This document shows positions 59,659-64,000 of a stretch of 64,000 bases of DNA, piece after piece. Origin of the DNA: Candidatus Dojkabacteria bacterium (GTDB taxonomy: Bacteria; Patescibacteriota; Dojkabacteria; B142; JAFGMG01); NCBI GenBank assembly GCA_016927655.1, contig JAFGMG010000010.1:16180-80179 (forward strand), read 5' to 3'. Each line of letters begins with the position of its first letter. Positions within the stretch are counted from its first letter, which is position 1. Made by a program: the position numbers and the translations under genes. The notes beneath the pieces were generated by a model, which was not told the DNA's origin, ran no database searches, and saw only the letters and a program-made list of their open reading frames with translations.

Positions 59659-62592
59659 ATGACCGAACAAAAGGCGAAGCCCGGCAGAGAAACCGCGAAT
59701 CCAAATACGCATATTATCATCAAAGGCGCCAGAACAAACAATCTCAAAAATATCGACGTAAATATCCCAAAGAACAAATTCGTCGTAATAACCGGCGTTT
59801 CCGGCTCAGGCAAATCTTCTTTAGCCTTTGATACAATCTATGCAGAGGGGCATAGGAAGTACGTAGAATCGCTCTCAGCATATGCCAGACAGTTTTTGGG
59901 CGTTATGGACAAGCCGGATGTCGATATTATTGAAGGCCTGAGCCCTGCAATATCAATTGACCAGAAATCAGCAGGACACAATCCTCGCTCAACAGTAGGA
60001 ACCGTTACAGAAATATATGACTATTTGAGACTGCTTTTTGCAAGAATCGGCCGTGCGCATTGTCCGGACGATGGGACACCCCTTGAATCACAGACTATCC
60101 AGGAAATCGTTGATAGTATAAAGCAGATCAAGGGCACAAAAATTATGCTACTTGCACCGATAATTAAAAATCGCAAGGGAACCTACGAAGAATTATTTGA
60201 ACGGCTTAGCAAACAAGGCTACGTCAGAGTAAGGGTAAATGGCGAGGTTTTTTCACTTGAGGAAGACATCAAACTGGACAGATACGTAAAACACAATATC
60301 GATGTAGTTATTGACCGCTTGATAATTGATAAAAAACTAGATAAAGCAAAAGAGAAAAGAATAACTGATTCAGTAGAGGCCGCAACAAGCCTTGCTGAAG
60401 GCGAAATAATCGTCAGCAGGGAAGAAAATGGAAAGTGGATCGATAAATTATACTCAGAAAACAGCACATGCAAAACCTGCGGAAGATCATTTCAGAAATT
60501 AGAACCACACAGTTTTTCATTCAATTCACCATTTGGCGCATGCGAAAATTGCTCTGGCCTGGGAATTATCAAAGAAATTGACCCAGAACTTATCTACAAT
60601 CCCCGCCTTACAATTTCAGAAGGAGGAATTTATCCATGGTCCAGGATGGCTGACAATCCAAATTCATTCTATATGAAACTGATTGAGGCAGTTGCAAAAA
60701 AGCATGGATTTTCAATGCGTGAGCCGATTGGCGAACTAAGCGAAAATGCACGAAATATTATTCTATATGGGACCGATCGTGAAAAATACGTAGTGACATA
60801 TGACAGTCAGACCTACGGCACCCAAAACAATCATATGACTAGTTTCGAGGGCGTTATAAACAATCTAGAGAGAAGATACAAGCAGACAGATTCCGACTAT
60901 ATCAGAAAGGAAATTGAGAATTATATGCGTACTGTGCTTTGCCCAGTCTGCGAAGGAGAGAGATTAAAGAAAGAGTCTCTTTCAGTATTTATTGACAAGA
61001 AAAATATAAATCAGATGACTGAAATGTCAATCAAGCAGGCAGTCAAATGGATTGAGACTCTTGAGAATGGGGGGATTTTGACAAGATCAGAAGAAATGAT
61101 TGCCAGACAGGTAATAAAAGAAATCACTGCAAGATTAAATTTCCTTGAAGCAGTTGGGTTAGAATATCTGACAATAAACAGGAAAGCAAACAGCTTATCT
61201 GGCGGAGAAGCGCAGAGAATCAGACTCGCTTCGCAAATCGGCTCAGGTTTGACCGGGGTACTTTATGTACTTGATGAACCATCAATTGGCCTGCACCAAA
61301 GAGATAACGAACGGCTATTGAGCACTTTGAAGGAATTAAAAAATCTAGGAAACACAGTCCTGGTCGTTGAACACGATGAAGATACAATCAAAAAAGCTGA
61401 TCATATAATTGATATTGGACCAGGGGCAGGAGAACATGGGGGAGAAGTCGTTTGCGAAGGGAAGATCGAGTCTATAACTAAAAACAAGAATTCTCTTACA
61501 GGTCAATATCTTGCCGGCAAAAAGGAGATCACCAAGTCTGGAATTGCTAAGGAAGTTGAACAAATTATAAAAAAACATACCAAAAACGGCACAAACAATG
61601 GCAATACTTTGAAAATAATTGGTGCTGCACAGAACAATCTGAAATCAATTGACGTAGAATTGCCATTAGGGAAAATGATCGCCATTACAGGTGTATCCGG
61701 TTCTGGAAAATCCTCGCTGATCAATGACATATTGTATAAATCTCTTGCAAGAACTTTAAACAGAGCAAAATCGCAGCCGGGTAATCACAAGTCAATAGAA
61801 GGAATAGAAAACATTGACAAAGTCGTAAATATTGACCAATCGCCTATAGGCAGAACTCCAAGATCCAACCCAGCAACTTATACAGGTCTTTTCACACCAA
61901 TAAGAGATTTGTTTGCAAGCACCAGAGAGGCCAAATCGAGAGGCTACAAGACGGGCCGTTTCAGCTTTAATGTCAAAGGCGGCAGGTGCGAAAAATGCCA
62001 GGGAGATGGAGTGATAAAAATTGAAATGCAGTTTTTGCCTGATGTCTACATTAAATGCGAGACTTGTAACGGTCAGAGATACAATAGAGACACCTTGCAG
62101 ATTGATTATAAAGGAAGAAATATCTCAAATGTGCTTGATATGACGGTCGAACAGGCACTGGCATTTTTCGCCAAAATCCCGGCAATCTCAAACAAACTCC
62201 AAACTCTCATGGACGTGGGGCTTGGATACATCAAACTCGGCCAGCCGGCAACCACACTTTCCGGCGGAGAGGCCCAAAGAGTAAAACTTGCTACAGAGCT
62301 TTCAAAGCGCTCAACTGGCAAAACACTTTATATCCTAGACGAGCCGACAACAGGTCTGCATTTTGAGGACGTTCGCAAGCTGCTCATAGTCCTTCATTCA
62401 CTTGTAGCAAAAGGCAACACCGTGATAGTAATTGAGCACAATATGGACGTGATCAAAACCTCAGACTGGATAATCGATCTTGGTCCTGAAGGCGGTGATA
62501 AAGGAGGGGAAATCATAGCAACAGGGACGCCGGAACAAGTGGCAAATTCAAAAGAAAGCTATACAGGAGAATGGCTCCGGAGAATTTTCTAA
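59659..62592 (+). CDS. uvrA: Excinuclease ABC subunit A
   Basis: Two ABC domains ([21 protein letters not shown]) and Zn fingers. Confidence 0.98.
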   Translation: MTEQKAKPGRETANPNTHIIIKGARTNNLKNIDVNIPKNKFVVITGVSGSGKSSLAFDTIYAEGHRKYVESLSAYARQFLGVMDKPDVDIIEGLSPAISIDQKSAGHNPRSTVGTVTEIYDYLRLLFARIGRAHCPDDGTPLESQTIQEIVDSIKQIKGTKIMLLAPIIKNRKGTYEELFERLSKQGYVRVRVNGEVFSLEEDIKLDRYVKHNIDVVIDRLIIDKKLDKAKEKRITDSVEAATSLAEGEIIVSREENGKWIDKLYSENSTCKTCGRSFQKLEPHSFSFNSPFGACENCSGLGIIKEIDPELIYNPRLTISEGGIYPWSRMADNPNSFYMKLIEAVAKKHGFSMREPIGELSENARNIILYGTDREKYVVTYDSQTYGTQNNHMTSFEGVINNLERRYKQTDSDYIRKEIENYMRTVLCPVCEGERLKKESLSVFIDKKNINQMTEMSIKQAVKWIETLENGGILTRSEEMIARQVIKEITARLNFLEAVGLEYLTINRKANSLSGGEAQRIRLASQIGSGLTGVLYVLDEPSIGLHQRDNERLLSTLKELKNLGNTVLVVEHDEDTIKKADHIIDIGPGAGEHGGEVVCEGKIESITKNKNSLTGQYLAGKKEITKSGIAKEVEQIIKKHTKNGTNNGNTLKIIGAAQNNLKSIDVELPLGKMIAITGVSGSGKSSLINDILYKSLARTLNRAKSQPGNHKSIEGIENIDKVVNIDQSPIGRTPRSNPATYTGLFTPIRDLFASTREAKSRGYKTGRFSFNVKGGRCEKCQGDGVIKIEMQFLPDVYIKCETCNGQRYNRDTLQIDYKGRNISNVLDMTVEQALAFFAKIPAISNKLQTLMDVGLGYIKLGQPATTLSGGEAQRVKLATELSKRSTGKTLYILDEPTTGLHFEDVRKLLIVLHSLVAKGNTVIVIEHNMDVIKTSDWIIDLGPEGGDKGGEIIATGTPEQVANSKESYTGEWLRRIF

Positions 62593-62801
62593 TCAAAAGA
62601 GTGTATAAATTTCACATCGGTAAAAAATTGATAGGTTCTCATGCTAAACAAATCATCATGACGAACGACTACGGGGACAGTAAACAAATCCCCGTGTGGG
62701 GATTCCGCCAAACTTGTTTGTAGATTCACCTTCCCAGTATTGTGCCTATCAATAATTTTTTGCATGTATTCAACGGTAGGCCAAGAACTCCTCTCTATCA
62801 T
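62589..62801 (-). CDS. Small hypothetical protein
   Basis: 70 aa ORF in a run of minus-strand genes. Confidence 0.4.
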   Translation of the reverse strand: MIERSSWPTVEYMQKIIDRHNTGKVNLQTSLAESPHGDLFTVPVVVRHDDLFSMRTYQFFTDVKFIHSFD

Positions 62802-62815
62802 TTCTATAATATCTA

Positions 62816-63532
62816 TTAATTTATAGCACTCGTTGGATACATAGTCTGATCATCTTCCAACATCCTTGTAAATCTATGATCATAAATTGCCATTAGATTC
62901 CTAACACTGTTGGATTTTAGCGCTTCCTTTTCTCCTTTTCCCTTTATCTCATTGTACTTGTCAATTCTACGTTTCAATTCTTTAGCGTCAATTGCAAAAT
63001 AGTATTCAGTAGAATCATCGGAGATACTACCCTGATATATTTCATCTCCAAATAACTCCAAAAATGCCCGATGCTGAACTTCGTTTGTAGTCCCGATTAA
63101 ATAGTCAATTTGTTCATCGGCTTGTCTTTGACCGTTCCAAACAACTAGTTTTACTATACCACCTGCAAGCATCTGGACTTTTTGAACAGCCCTTGGATCA
63201 TCTTTAACTGGGTTTAGTTCTCCAAAAGGTGCGAAATACAACTCCGCTTGGACCATAGAGTCACTTACCTTTGCTGAGCGATTTGGTAGTTTTTCAGCAG
63301 CTAAGTGTCCATGCCAAAAATTGATCATTACTCCTGTATTCCCAATGTATATATTTCCATTGCTAGTTTCTACAATCCTGTCAGTCATCCTATATTCAGG
63401 TTCATAAAACCATTTATCATTTTCAGGTGCACAATCCTGCTCACTTTTAAGATAATTTTTAAAAATAATTTCCCTCTGCCTACGGTATGGTTCCAATTTA
63501 GCTTCTAGTTCGGGGGAAAGATCAAGATCCAT
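62816..63532 (-). CDS. Hypothetical protein
   Basis: 238 aa ORF. No confident motif. Confidence 0.65.
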   Translation of the reverse strand: MDLDLSPELEAKLEPYRRQREIIFKNYLKSEQDCAPENDKWFYEPEYRMTDRIVETSNGNIYIGNTGVMINFWHGHLAAEKLPNRSAKVSDSMVQAELYFAPFGELNPVKDDPRAVQKVQMLAGGIVKLVVWNGQRQADEQIDYLIGTTNEVQHRAFLELFGDEIYQGSISDDSTEYYFAIDAKELKRRIDKYNEIKGKGEKEALKSNSVRNLMAIYDHRFTRMLEDDQTMYPTSAIN

Positions 63533-63549
63533 TTATTAAGAAATCAAAG

Positions 63550-64000
63550 TTAAATGACTAATTTCCCATTCGTTACGACTATTCGCCGATCGGTAATTGG
63601 AGCATCAATATTAAACCCCTCCATTTCACACCCTGCCTCCTCGGCAATTAAAATCGGAGCTAGTATGTCAGGATTTTTCATAGTTCTTGATATATCTATA
63701 AATGCATCGTAACCTCCATCCGCTATATAACACAACACAGCACCTAACCCCCAAGAACGCACTCGATAGAAATCTTTCATAATATTATCGAATTCCTCCG
63801 GATCCCATTCACCTCTGCTAATATTCGGCGGTTCACAGTATATTATCGCCCTCTCAGGATCATCTACGTCCGAAGGCTTGCATTGATTGCCATTTCGATA
63901 AGAACCGCCGTCTTTGTGAGCAACAAACATATCACCGAACTTTGGAAGGTAAACAACCCCGATCAATACTTCCTTCGAATCTGCATCATAAAGTGCAACA
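63550..64000 (-). CDS. Inositol monophosphatase family protein (5' end outside the window)
   Basis: VAL...LIGVVYLP...F.A..GG...NG, LCYIADGGYDAF and D..A..LIAEEAG. The frame is open to the window edge. Confidence 0.85.
   Translation of the reverse strand, partial: VALYDADSKEVLIGVVYLPKFGDMFVAHKDGGSYRNGNQCKPSDVDDPERAIIYCEPPNISRGEWDPEEFDNIMKDFYRVRSWGLGAVLCYIADGGYDAFIDISRTMKNPDILAPILIAEEAGCEMEGFNIDAPITDRRIVVTNGKLVI

Overview
AT-rich, gene-dense bacterial chromosome segment using genetic code 11 (TGA stops, prfB present). Gene content and protein divergence suggest a Patescibacteria/CPR organism, possibly Dojkabacteria-like (inference). Most of it is housekeeping: NER and repair (uvrA, uvrB, uvrC, a UvrD-nuclease fusion, nth), dnaE, class II RNR, cell wall and division genes (mraY, ftsW, murG, rodA, murT/gatD, ftsEX plus an M23 protein), translation genes (rpsT, rplU, rpmA, pth, prfB, asnS, rsmA, truB, tgt) and six tRNAs. 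Lineage-specific ORFans are scattered between them. No IS, prophage or CRISPR array was seen. The strongest unusual signal is at 54498-54715: a probably leaderless Asn-rich leader peptide (MKIQKLNNNNNNSNAF) with a complete 1:2 / 2:3 / 3:4 attenuator, directly upstream of tRNA-Asn(GTT), with ugd and asnS downstream. Other notable items: a LysW-like carrier ending in EEEK with an ATP-grasp and a PLP enzyme; a ~200 nt structured ncRNA candidate; a circularly permuted M23 peptidase; FtsE with an HhH-like tail; an NDT-like/RHH regulator with a repeated operator candidate; a symmetric bidirectional leaderless promoter; and a TGT with an atypical base pocket.
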